A DNA stretch of 64,000 nucleotides from Dehalococcoidia bacterium (GCA_034423175.1 DAOUJA010000057.1:2800-66799), one strand, 5' to 3'. Counted from the first letter of the stretch, positions 9,973 through 18,478 are shown. Notes: generated by a model not told the origin, from the sequence alone. Numbers and translations are program-made.

Positions 9973-10605
9973 ATGACCGAGCAGCTAACCCTCTTCCCTG
10001 CTGATCCCGACCTGGAACGGCGGGAACCGGATGTGCCCGGCATACACTATCGCTCTGGCTTCATCACTCCTGAAGAAGAGGCAGCGTTCATCCGCCTCAT
10101 CGATGAGAACGAGGGCGCGTGGCTCACCGATCTCAGCCGCCGCGTGCAGCACTACGGCTGGCGCTACGACTACTCCGAGCGGACGGTCACCGCGGACATG
10201 CGCATCGGCCCGCTGCCGGACTGGCTACAGGCGTTGGCCCAGCGTCTGTACGAGACGGGCTACTTCGACCGCCCGCCCGAGCAGGTCATCGTCAACGAGT
10301 ACGAGCCGGGGCAAGGCATCGCGATGCACACCGACCATTCCGGTTTCGGACCAGCCGTCGCAATGGTCTCGCTGGGCGATGAATGGCAGATGGACTTCGC
10401 GAAGTCTCTCGGAGACGGCTCTGAAGCCAAGTCACACATGATGCTGGAGCGCGGCTCGGCACTGGTGCTCACCGGAGAGGCCCGCAAGAGATGGCGGCAC
10501 GGTATCGCCAAACGGAAGACGGAAGGCCCCGGTCGCGAACGCAATCGCAAGCGCCGCCTTTCCTTGACGTTCCGAACGGTCAATCACCCGGCAGAGATCC
10601 AATAG
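9973..10605 (+). CDS. alkB: AlkB-family Fe(II)/2-oxoglutarate dioxygenase
   Basis: GQGIAMHTDH (HxD), RHGI distal His, RLSLTFR (RxSxTxR). ATG at 9973 is in frame with track ORF 9856..10605. Confidence 0.8.
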   Translation: MTEQLTLFPADPDLERREPDVPGIHYRSGFITPEEEAAFIRLIDENEGAWLTDLSRRVQHYGWRYDYSERTVTADMRIGPLPDWLQALAQRLYETGYFDRPPEQVIVNEYEPGQGIAMHTDHSGFGPAVAMVSLGDEWQMDFAKSLGDGSEAKSHMMLERGSALVLTGEARKRWRHGIAKRKTEGPGRERNRKRRLSLTFRTVNHPAEIQ

Positions 10606-10625
10606 GTCCGGAGAGGAGAACCCCC

Positions 10626-11033
10626 ATGGCAGGACTGAAATACATGCGGTTCGGCGAGCAGGCCCCCATCTCGCGGGGGAATGGCGCGATGACGTACCCC
10701 CTCGTCGGGGGCGCGGACGGGACCGAAGCGTTCACCGCCGGCATCAGCCACTTCCCTCCGGGGCTCAACGTGCCGATGCACTCGCACAACGTCGAGGAGA
10801 TGGTCACAGTGCTGGAGGGCTCAGGCGAGTGCGAGATAGACGGCGTCGTCAGGCCGGTCGGCCTCTTCGACACCACGTTCATCCCGGGAGGCGTCACCCA
10901 CTGCTTCCGCAACACCGGCGACGTGCCGATGAAGATCATGTGGGTCTACGCTTCAACGAGCGTCACTCGGACCTTCGCCGACACCGGCCAGACCGTCGAG
11001 CACCTCTCAGGCGAGGACCTCATCGGGCGCTAG
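10626..11033 (+). CDS. small cupin-domain protein
   Basis: NVPMHSHNVEEMVTVLEGSGECEIDG matches the cupin HxH...E...G motif. ATG at 10626 follows GGAGAGGAG. Confidence 0.65.
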   Translation: MAGLKYMRFGEQAPISRGNGAMTYPLVGGADGTEAFTAGISHFPPGLNVPMHSHNVEEMVTVLEGSGECEIDGVVRPVGLFDTTFIPGGVTHCFRNTGDVPMKIMWVYASTSVTRTFADTGQTVEHLSGEDLIGR

Positions 11034-11034
11034 G

Positions 11035-12642
11035 CTACCGCCGGATTCCGTCGAGCACCTTGTCCGCTACGCCGGGCGCCACCCAGGACTTCCACTCGTT
11101 CGAGTCGAGCAGCCACGCGAAGGCGGCTTCCCGGAACTGGAGTTCGTTCAGCAGGAAGAACCGGAACCGCGCCTTGGTCGCGAGCAGGTCTCTCAGCCCC
11201 GCCTCGCTCAGTCTCCATTTCTTGAGAAACTCGAACGCGTCAGGCGCCTCCTGCTGCACCTCGTTGCGCACCACCTTGATCATCGAGGTGGACTGATAGC
11301 CGCACGCCCGGCCGATGTTGGCTGCCGCAACGGTCGAGGTCAGCCTGTCCCAGCAACTCTGCCCCCACGCCGGCTCCGTCAACTGGTAGTACCCGCCGAA
11401 CTGCTCGATCACTTCCGTAATCAGCGACGACGGCCACCAGTAGTAGAAGAGGATGTCCTGCTGGTTCTCGAAGGCCGACCGTATCCGGTTGTACAGCGTC
11501 TCCGGGTTGTGCGGCACCTCGAGGTGTACCCACTGCTCCAGCTCGTACCCGTACACCTGCTTCTCGTTGATGCGCTCGCACTCCCACGCCGCGACGCACG
11601 TGACCAGGACCGCCTTTCCGTCGCTGTTCCCGGTGGCGAAGACCCGCTGGGACTCCGGCCGCCTCAGGTCCTCCACGCTGTTGAGGCCGGGGTTCGCGGT
11701 CTTCGTGTACCGGGGGATCAGGAACGCGCTCCGGGACGAGACCCCTTCGACGCTCGCCGTGAGCCTCTGGAGACTGCCTCCCCGCTCCGCCTCGACCAGG
11801 ACCGTTTCGTGGGTGGGCAGACGCACAGCCATGTGGACGTTCGTCACCCTGTTGCCGAGGTTCCGTATCGACTCCATCTCGGCGCCGCGTATCGTGTGCG
11901 TCTGGTAGCCGTAGCCGTACTCCAGGATGGTGCGCGCTACCGCATTCTGGAGCGAGGTCACCTCGTCGCCGGGGCCGGGGTCGGAGAATATGAGAAGCTG
12001 CCCGCCCGGTCTGGGAGTCGGTTTCGGTGGAGGCAGGGTCTGTGCCCTGCCGGAGCCGGACCACTCGCCGGCGCCGCCCGGGTTCACCGCCCGTACCTGC
12101 ACCTCGTACGTTGCCCCGGGCATCAGGCGGTCGATCTCGACCTGCGTCGAGGTCTGTTCCGTGTCGGTCACCTCTGTCCAGTAGGCCGTGTGGATGTAGG
12201 GGCGGTAGCGGTAGTCGTAGTCGGCCACCGGTTGCGGGCCGGTCGGCGCGGCCCACGTCACGAGCACGGTATCCGTCCCGCGCTGCTGCACCGTGGGCGC
12301 CAGGGGAGGGAGCGGGGTCGGCGTCGGCAGAGGCGTGGGGGTGTGCGTCGGCGTGGCTGTTGGCGTCGGGGTTGGCGTCGGCGTTCCCGTGGGCGTGGGC
12401 GTCAACGTCGGGGTCGGCGTCAGCGTGGGTGTGGGCGTAGGCGTCAGCGTGGGTGTGGGCGTCAACGTTGGCGTGGGGGTCAACGTCGGGGTCGGCGTCA
12501 ACGTCGGCGTCGGCGTGACGGTCGGGGTCGGCGTGGGCGTCGGCCTCGACACGATCGGCTGCGGCGTCACGGGCTCCCCGCAGGCCCCCAGGAGGAGGAC
12601 GACAACGAGAAGAGGGATGGTGCAAAGAAACAGGCGAGACAT
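11035..12642 (-). CDS. lipoprotein: Pro/Thr linker + fibronectin type III-like domain + glycine-betaine-type (OpuAC/ProX-like) substrate-binding domain
   Basis: Start moved to MSRLFLCTIPLLVVVLLLGAC-G (CAT at 12640-12642). FN3-like VLVTWAAP...YEVQVRAVNPGGAGEWS. SBP-like LLIFSDPGPGD...YYWWPSSLITEV...WKSWV. Confidence 0.65.
   Translation of the reverse strand: MSRLFLCTIPLLVVVLLLGACGEPVTPQPIVSRPTPTPTPTVTPTPTLTPTPTLTPTPTLTPTPTLTPTPTPTLTPTPTLTPTPTGTPTPTPTPTATPTHTPTPLPTPTPLPPLAPTVQQRGTDTVLVTWAAPTGPQPVADYDYRYRPYIHTAYWTEVTDTEQTSTQVEIDRLMPGATYEVQVRAVNPGGAGEWSGSGRAQTLPPPKPTPRPGGQLLIFSDPGPGDEVTSLQNAVARTILEYGYGYQTHTIRGAEMESIRNLGNRVTNVHMAVRLPTHETVLVEAERGGSLQRLTASVEGVSSRSAFLIPRYTKTANPGLNSVEDLRRPESQRVFATGNSDGKAVLVTCVAAWECERINEKQVYGYELEQWVHLEVPHNPETLYNRIRSAFENQQDILFYYWWPSSLITEVIEQFGGYYQLTEPAWGQSCWDRLTSTVAAANIGRACGYQSTSMIKVVRNEVQQEAPDAFEFLKKWRLSEAGLRDLLATKARFRFFLLNELQFREAAFAWLLDSNEWKSWVAPGVADKVLDGIRR
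12292..12543 (-). repeat. coding tandem repeat, ~18-nt period (TPTPTL)n Pro/Thr linker
   Basis: Repeated gtcaacgtcggggtcggc / gtcagcgtgggtgtgggc units on the plus strand. The plus-strand 'GVGVGV' translation in track ORF 12293.. is the antisense shadow. Confidence 0.7.
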
Positions 12643-12829
12643 GCGGCTCACTATGTGCAGGGGACTAAGAACAGTATACCGGAGCGGACCTACGCCCCGT
12701 GCCCTCCGGGTCACGGGGTGGGCCCTGGCAACGCACCCACCGGTGTGCATCCCTGTTGATTCCTCCTCCCTTGTGCTAATGTGCACCCGTCAACCGGCTG
12801 AACGGCAACGGAGCAGAAGGAGGCCTGTC

Positions 12830-13942
12830 ATGGCAGTCATCGATGCTGACGCCCACGTCGTCGAAACGGAGCGCACCTGGGACTTCATCCCGCCATCCGA
12901 CCAGAACCTGCGGCCCGTCATGATCACGAAGCCGGACTCCTCCGGCAACGACGTGCGCTACTGGGAGATCGACGGGGTGATACGCGGCACGGTCCGCCAG
13001 CCCATCGGCAAGCGCGAGGAGTGGGACCCCTCCCGCGTCGCGCCGGACATGGCCGCCTCGCAGGCGAACTCCGGACGGAAGATGGCGACGCCGGATGCCT
13101 CCAAGCACATGGAGGACGTCGGCGCCCGGCTGCGCCACATGGACGAGTTGGGCATCGACTACCAGATGCTCTACCCCACCATCTTCCTCCGCAAGCTCGC
13201 CGACCGCGACGAGACCCGCGTCGCCCTCGCCAGGGGTTACAACCGCTGGCTGGCCGACATCTGGACTCAGTCCGAGGCCCGCCTGCGCTGGGCCGCCGTG
13301 CTCCCGCTCTCCGTCATGGACGAGTCGATCAAGGAGCTGCACTGGGCGGCGGAGCACGGCGCGAACGGGGTGTTCATGCGCGGCGTCGAGGAAGAGGGCA
13401 TGCTCCAGGACGAGTACTTCTTCCCCCTGTACGAGGAGATGAGCAAGCTGGACATGGCCGTCACCGTCCACATCGGCAACGGCAACCCCATGATCGAGAG
13501 CCTGCTGAACCACGGGGCGGGCGGCTCGCCGTTCTCCTCCATGCGCATCTTCTCGGTCGCGGCCTGCCACGCGTGGATACTCGCGGGCATCCCGCAGCAG
13601 TTCCCCAACCTGCGCATCGCGTTCGTGGAGGCCGCGGCGCAGTGGGCGCCCTACGTCGTCAACGACCTGCGCCGGCGCTTCCCCGGACGGCACGGCAGGC
13701 CTGCGCCCGACGACCTCTTCGCGGAGAACCGCATCTGGGTGACGTGCCAGACCGACGACGACATCGGCTACCTGGTCGACTACGCCGGCGAGGACAACCT
13801 GCTCATCGGCACCGACTACGGCCACACCGACCAGTCGTCCGAGATCGAGGCGATGCGCATCTTCCAGGAGCAGGGCACCGTTGCGCCGGGCATCGTCAGC
13901 AAGATACTGGACGCGAACCCGCGCGCCGTCTACGGTTTCTAG
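12830..13942 (+). CDS. amidohydrolase-2 family metal-dependent hydrolase/decarboxylase
   Basis: ATG at 12830 follows GAAGGAGG. VIDADAHVVE N-terminus, TVHIGNG, IGTDYGHTD. Confidence 0.75.
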   Translation: MAVIDADAHVVETERTWDFIPPSDQNLRPVMITKPDSSGNDVRYWEIDGVIRGTVRQPIGKREEWDPSRVAPDMAASQANSGRKMATPDASKHMEDVGARLRHMDELGIDYQMLYPTIFLRKLADRDETRVALARGYNRWLADIWTQSEARLRWAAVLPLSVMDESIKELHWAAEHGANGVFMRGVEEEGMLQDEYFFPLYEEMSKLDMAVTVHIGNGNPMIESLLNHGAGGSPFSSMRIFSVAACHAWILAGIPQQFPNLRIAFVEAAAQWAPYVVNDLRRRFPGRHGRPAPDDLFAENRIWVTCQTDDDIGYLVDYAGEDNLLIGTDYGHTDQSSEIEAMRIFQEQGTVAPGIVSKILDANPRAVYGF

Positions 13943-13960
13943 GCGCTCGTCGCCCGGGGC

Positions 13961-13984
13961 AGGGGCGGTTTTGAAACCGCCCCT
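13961..13984. repeat. palindromic REP-like element (family B, ...GCCCCTAC)
   Basis: aggggcggttttgaaaccgcccct is a near-perfect palindrome, 19 nt after the amidohydrolase stop. A longer copy lies at 15861-15889. Confidence 0.6.
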
Positions 13985-14035
13985 ACGTCCCCGCCACCGC
14001 ATCCTGATATAGGCTATCCCCCTGGAGGATGCCCG

Positions 14036-14335
14036 ATGACGACCACCGCCGTAAACGACCCGTTCGACGACGCCGAGCGAGGCCTCGAATGGCTGGAGAA
14101 GCTGGAGGCGCTGCAGGCGCGCTCCGCCTCCTACCGCGCCGCGTTCGAGGTCGCCGAGTACGTGATGCAGCTCCGCGCTGCGGTGACCGCCCTCGCCGGA
14201 GAGCGCACCGCCGCCGAGTTGGCCGAGGCCGTCGGGCCGGAGACGGCGCAACTCGTCGAGCAACTCCGCCAGGCGGGCGATAAGGACTACTGGAACACGC
14301 GCGTCCTCCCGGCGTTGCTGAAGTCGGACCGCTGA
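14036..14335 (+). CDS. hypothetical helical protein
   Basis: 99-aa ORF with good GC3, preceded by GGAGGA. No recognisable motif. Confidence 0.35.
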   Translation: MTTTAVNDPFDDAERGLEWLEKLEALQARSASYRAAFEVAEYVMQLRAAVTALAGERTAAELAEAVGPETAQLVEQLRQAGDKDYWNTRVLPALLKSDR

Positions 14336-14348
14336 GGGTGGGAGCCGT

Positions 14349-14666
14349 ATGACAACTGAGGCGACCATCTCAACCATGGTTGACCGCATCGTCGGGCGGT
14401 TCCAGCCGTCCCGTGTCGTGCTCTTCGGCTCCCACGCACGGAATTCCGCCAGCGAGTGGAGCGACGTAGACCTGCTCGTGGTCATGAGCGACGTACCGGA
14501 CAAGCGCGGGACCGCCATCGAGATGCGCCGCTCGCTCGGCGACATGCCGGTGAGCAAGGACATCCTCGTTACCACGCCGGACGAGATAGCCCGTCGAGGA
14601 GGCGTGGCAGGCACGGTACTGAACGCCGCCTTGCGAGAGGGAAAGGTCGTGTATGAGCGACCCTGA
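14349..14666 (+). CDS. MNT-type minimal nucleotidyltransferase (putative antitoxin)
   Basis: VVLFGSHARNSASEWSDVDLLVV matches the GSxxR...SDxDLxV motif. Overlaps the HEPN gene by 14 nt. Confidence 0.75.
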   Translation: MTTEATISTMVDRIVGRFQPSRVVLFGSHARNSASEWSDVDLLVVMSDVPDKRGTAIEMRRSLGDMPVSKDILVTTPDEIARRGGVAGTVLNAALREGKVVYERP

Positions 14667-15069
14667 GGCGACCGTGTCGGAAGCGCTCCGCTGGCTGCGG
14701 TTCTCCAGAGACGATCTGGACGTCGCCCAACACCTGCTGACCTCCCTTCCATCCGCGCCGCGCCATGTCTGTTCACTCTCCCAGCAAGCAGCGGAGAAAG
14801 CCCTGAAGGCGGCCCTGGTACTGGAGGGAACCGCGTTCCCCTTCAGCCATGACCTCGATGCTCTTCGCAACCTCCTTCCTGGCAGTTGGCCCGTGCGTGC
14901 GGACCACCCGGACCTCGCCGCACTGACGGAATGGGCGGTGGAAACGAGGTACCCGGGCGACTGGCCGGAGCCGACCGATGAGGATGCCAGGCAGGCAGAG
15001 GCGGAAGCCCGCGCTGTCCATGATTCCGTAGCCTTTGAGTTCAGGCGCCGCGGGATACCGCACGCGTAG
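14653..15069 (+). CDS. HEPN-domain protein (putative toxin partner of MNT)
   Basis: LSQQAAEKALKAALVLEGTAFPFSHDLDAL and VETRYPGDWPEP are typical of HEPN proteins paired with MNT. Confidence 0.7.
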   Translation: MSDPEATVSEALRWLRFSRDDLDVAQHLLTSLPSAPRHVCSLSQQAAEKALKAALVLEGTAFPFSHDLDALRNLLPGSWPVRADHPDLAALTEWAVETRYPGDWPEPTDEDARQAEAEARAVHDSVAFEFRRRGIPHA

Positions 15070-15082
15070 TGCACCCCGCTCA

Positions 15083-16762
15083 TCACCACACCCCGAACCG
15101 GTTCGCCGAGGCGCCGCCGTCGTCCTCGTCCGGACCGACGTCCTCAGAGAACGGCGGTGGACGGTCGTAGCCGAAGGCCTCAATGGTCGCCTTCGGCGGC
15201 GGGTCGTCGCGGAGGAAGGGCTCGGCGCCCGTCCATATGCCGAAGGACGGCGGGACGAGGAACGCGAGCGCGAGGGCGTCGGCCTTGTCAGGCGACGGCA
15301 TGCCGCGCTTGCGCATCTCCTGCTTGCCCTCCAGCCGCACCTGCCCGGAGCTCGATACGCCGTAGCGCAGCGCGAGCAGTTGGCCGGCAATCTCGTCGTC
15401 GCGGGGGATGGCGATCAGCCGGCGCTCCAGCAGCCGGGCCAGCTCCCAGAATATCTCCGAGCGCCGGTTGAAGAAGCGCCTGGGACGCTGCGCCCCGCCG
15501 CCGAAGTGCACGCCGTACACGGGCGCGCCGAGCTCCCGCAGCCGGTCCACGACCCCGCCGCCGACTCCGCCCTCGTCCACGAACACGGCCTCCGCGCCCA
15601 CCTCCCGCACCGTACCCAGCACCTCGTAGACGAGGCGCATCGTGTCCATGCGCTCGAACGACCGCACCGACAGCACGCGCTGGCCCTGCCGCACGCAGAC
15701 CGCCGACTTGTCGAACCCGAAGCGGGCGACGTCGACGCCGACGTAGACGGGCTCGTCTCCTGACAGCAGGGTTGTCATGTTGAGCGAAGTCGAAACATCT
15801 CTCGGGGAGCGTTCGTCCGCCGTGTCACCCTCGCCCTCCGCCGTTCCTGCGGAGCGGGACGTAGGGGCGGTTTTCAAAACCGCCCCTACCCCCGGCGAGG
15901 TTCCTGCCTCCGCAGGAACGACGATGTCCTCCTCCCACCGCGCCATCGCCGACTCCACGGCGTCGCGGCCGATGAGCGAGTCGTCGAGCGAGTCCGGGAA
16001 CTGCGCGAGGACGGACGCCGCATAGAGCGGGTGGTCCTCGCCGTAGTCGAGCGCGAACTCGTCGACGTACTCCGGCGTGATCATGCCGCGTCTGCCGCCG
16101 TCCTCACCGGTGAAGTTCGGCGTATCGAACGCGGAGACGGCCATCCGGTGGTAGAGGTGCTGCTTCGCGTGGTGCGAGTCGTAGAACTCGCCGTCGCGCG
16201 AGAGCGCGTTGCCCACCAGCAGCAGACGGTCAGGCTGGAGCCGCTTGATGGCGTCCATCTGCGCCTGCGGCATGGCGTGCGCTTCCGTGACGACGACGAG
16301 CAGCTGCTCCGAGTGGAAGCCCTGGATGTTCAGGGCGTTGTTCGTCGAGAAGCCCAGCGCGAAGCGTTCCTCGTCGATGCGGTACTTCGACGAGAACATC
16401 CTGCCGCTGAGCACGCCGGGGGCCGCCGCGTACGCCTCGCGCATCTCCTGCCAGACGATCTCCTGCACCTGCCGCTGCGTCGGCCCGAGCACGAGCGACT
16501 TCGCCTGCGGACGGGTCTCCAGCCACCAGAGCACGGCGCGACCGGCGACCCAGTCCTTGCCGGAGCCGTTCGCTCCCACGACGCTGACGCGCCGGTGGTC
16601 CACCAGCGCTTCGAGCATCCGGGCCTGCTTCGAGTAGGGCGTCCCACCTGCGCCGAGCACGTCCGTCACGAAGCCGACGGGGTCGTCCGCGTAGCATGTG
16701 AGGTCTGTCGTTCCTGCGCAGGCAGGGACCTCGCCCCACTCAGCTGCCTCTTCTTCTGCCAC
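15083..16762 (-). CDS. phage terminase large subunit-like protein (ATPase + RNaseH-like nuclease), with ~50-aa REP-derived insertion in the interdomain linker
   Basis: Walker A VVGANGSGKD and Walker B LLVVVTEAH. Nuclease VGVDVARFGFDKSAV...VFVDEGGVGGGVVD...SPDKADALALAF. The reading frame stays open through the repeat mosaic at 15774-15923. Confidence 0.75.
   Translation of the reverse strand: MAEEEAAEWGEVPACAGTTDLTCYADDPVGFVTDVLGAGGTPYSKQARMLEALVDHRRVSVVGANGSGKDWVAGRAVLWWLETRPQAKSLVLGPTQRQVQEIVWQEMREAYAAAPGVLSGRMFSSKYRIDEERFALGFSTNNALNIQGFHSEQLLVVVTEAHAMPQAQMDAIKRLQPDRLLLVGNALSRDGEFYDSHHAKQHLYHRMAVSAFDTPNFTGEDGGRRGMITPEYVDEFALDYGEDHPLYAASVLAQFPDSLDDSLIGRDAVESAMARWEEDIVVPAEAGTSPGVGAVLKTAPTSRSAGTAEGEGDTADERSPRDVSTSLNMTTLLSGDEPVYVGVDVARFGFDKSAVCVRQGQRVLSVRSFERMDTMRLVYEVLGTVREVGAEAVFVDEGGVGGGVVDRLRELGAPVYGVHFGGGAQRPRRFFNRRSEIFWELARLLERRLIAIPRDDEIAGQLLALRYGVSSSGQVRLEGKQEMRKRGMPSPDKADALALAFLVPPSFGIWTGAEPFLRDDPPPKATIEAFGYDRPPPFSEDVGPDEDDGGASANRFGVW
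15774..15923. repeat. mosaic of three REP-like hairpin elements inside the terminase ORF
   Basis: Family C at 15774-15807 (gtcatgttgagcgaagtcgaaacatctctcgggg; a second copy lies at 55546-55590). A 29-nt perfect palindrome gtaggggcggttttcaaaaccgcccctac at 15861-15889 (family B). A hairpin ggttcctgcctccgcaggaacgacg at 15899-15923 (family A variant). Confidence 0.65.
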
Positions 16763-16798
16763 GGTCCACCTTCCTCACCCGGATAACCCCAGGCCTCC

Positions 16799-16826
16799 GG
16801 ATCCCCGTGTTCACGGGAATGACGGG
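16799..16826 (+). repeat. REP-like hairpin, family A
   Basis: ggatccccgtgttcacgggaatgacggg closely matches ggattcccgttttcacgggaacgacggg in the 19.5-19.9 kb cluster. Confidence 0.55.
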
Positions 16827-16847
16827 ATGTGGGGTTAACACAGAAAG

Positions 16848-16871
16848 CCCCCTCGCTCATCGCTGAGGGGG
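16848..16871 (-). terminator. candidate intrinsic terminator after the coiled-coil gene
   Basis: Stem ccccctc / gaggggg with a 10-nt loop. On the minus strand it is followed by CTTTCTGTGTT. Confidence 0.35.
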
Positions 16872-17040
16872 CAGCGTTCTTCCTGCGGCTCATCCGCCAG
16901 GGTCTATGTGCGCGCTCTACGTCGCGCTCTACCATCGTGCGGCAAGGGCGTCACACCGCGCAAGGGGCGGGTGTCACACCTCCGACAATCAACATCGATG
17001 GACAGGATGTACAGGATCGGGGGAGTGGCAAGGAACAGGG

Positions 17041-17355
17041 TTAGAGTCTGTCCGCGAGGAGCAGGTCGACCTTCCGGTTAAGCTCTCGGAGCTCTCCCCC
17101 CAGTTCATCAATGCGGCCCCCCAGAGAGTCCCTCACCTCGTCAATGCGGCCCCCCAGGGTGTCCTTCACCTCGTCGATGTGGCCCCCCAGGGCTTTGAGC
17201 TCCTCCATGATGAGATGGTCACGCTGGCGGATGTCATCGCCAAGTGCTTCAATCCGCTGGTAGAGGTCGTCGTGCTGCCTGTCGTTCTCCTGCACGAACG
17301 CGCGGAAGTCGGTTTCGAGAGTCCTGAGGCGCGTCTCGATGTTGGGAGTTGTCAT
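17041..17355 (-). CDS. hypothetical coiled-coil protein with three 11-aa repeats (LGG[HR]IDE[VL]...)
   Basis: 104 aa, heptad/hendecad-like and charged. A 33-nt DNA periodicity is visible at 17092-17190. Confidence 0.5.
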   Translation of the reverse strand: MTTPNIETRLRTLETDFRAFVQENDRQHDDLYQRIEALGDDIRQRDHLIMEELKALGGHIDEVKDTLGGRIDEVRDSLGGRIDELGGELRELNRKVDLLLADRL

Positions 17356-17490
17356 GGTCCGAATCTTCCTACCATTGAAGTAGCATGAGGAGACTATTCG
17401 GTTGCTTCTGGTCTGTCAAGGCAATCGTGACAGACTGGAACCATCCTGTCACCGCACGATGAGGCAGTCCCGCCGCGTGTGATACAGCCA

Positions 17491-17874
17491 TTACTCCGGA
17501 CCCTCGCTCTCCCGGGTGTGACGGGGTACATGTTGGAAGAGGGGGCGGCGGGCGGGGCAGCGGCAGGTCTTGCCGGCGTTGAGGAGGTCGCCCTCGGCCC
17601 AGGCGTGGGCGATGGCCTGGACGATGCGGTCGGGACCGGGGATGCGGGCGGTCCTGGCGCACTGGCGGAGGTAGGCGTGGACGGGGACGGGGCTGAGGAC
17701 GGGGATGCTGGCGGCGCCCACGGCTTCAAAGAGGTCCGCGACGTCGGGCGGGTAGTCGCCGCGCTCGACGGCTTCGGCCCAGCGGTCGACGTAGTCGTCG
17801 GCGATGGGCCTGAGTGCAGCCTGCACCGCCAAGCAGCCGAGATAGCGCTCCATTGACCTGACGCCGCTTCTCAT
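17491..17874 (-). CDS. hypothetical protein
   Basis: 127 aa. Its ATG overlaps the upstream stop as ATGA (17871-17874), which suggests translational coupling. No recognisable motif. Confidence 0.4.
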   Translation of the reverse strand: MRSGVRSMERYLGCLAVQAALRPIADDYVDRWAEAVERGDYPPDVADLFEAVGAASIPVLSPVPVHAYLRQCARTARIPGPDRIVQAIAHAWAEGDLLNAGKTCRCPARRPLFQHVPRHTRESEGPE

Positions 17875-18272
17875 CGCTGCTGCCTTATCAGGGTGATGGC
17901 GTTCTCCAGAGTATCCATCCGACGCCGCGTTTCGCGCTGGTCGCGGATGCTTATCGACATGGAGATCGTTGTCTTCGACGCGCGATGGGCCACGTTGGGG
18001 TCGTCGCTGTCCATCAATTGCTCGATGCGGCAGGCGGCCTTGAGGGTGAGAGCCTCCAACTGCGAGTAGGCGAAGTCCGCGATGTTGTTCCGGATGCGCT
18101 CCAGCTCAGCGCGGAAGGCGGGCTCGTTCATCCAGCGAGCGAGGGTGCGCCGGGTGATCTGCGCGGCCTGGGCCCCTCGCGTGAGGGTGGGCTCGGACGC
18201 GACGTACGGCAGGGCAGCGGCCTGGCGGGGTCTGAGGGCAATCGCTCTCTCGGGTGTGACATTGTGTGACAT
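17871..18272 (-). CDS. helix-turn-helix protein, possibly terminase small subunit-like
   Basis: Start moved to MSHNVTPER (CAT at 18270-18272). GAQAAQITRRTLARWMNEPAFRAELERI looks like an HTH. It sits upstream of the terminase large subunit on the same strand. Confidence 0.45.
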   Translation of the reverse strand: MSHNVTPERAIALRPRQAAALPYVASEPTLTRGAQAAQITRRTLARWMNEPAFRAELERIRNNIADFAYSQLEALTLKAACRIEQLMDSDDPNVAHRASKTTISMSISIRDQRETRRRMDTLENAITLIRQQR

Positions 18273-18478
18273 TCCGGGACATACCTCCTGTGGGATTCGG
18301 CCCCGCGCCCGGCAATAGGGCCGAGTGGCAGTGGGCCGTGCAGGACAGGGTAAGGAGGGGTGGGTTGTCCGCGCAACGGGCGGATGTCGCGTTGCAGACA
18401 ATCAACGGGGACGGGGAGAGGAGGGGCAGGAAGGGGGGTGCTATGCTCATACCAGCCGGAGTCGAACGGGAGTGAATC

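Noticed and set aside
12293-12829. N-terminal 179-aa extension of the amidohydrolase ORF, rich in GVGVGV
   Set aside because: It is the antisense translation of the Pro/Thr linker repeat of the minus-strand lipoprotein. A good RBS plus ATG at 12830 starts the conserved amidohydrolase sequence.
17411-17435. Inverted repeat gtctgtca-N9-tgacagac between two minus-strand genes, considered as an operator or terminator
   Set aside because: It is only an 8-bp stem with no U-tract and no adjacent promoter elements that I could identify. It is noted but not called.
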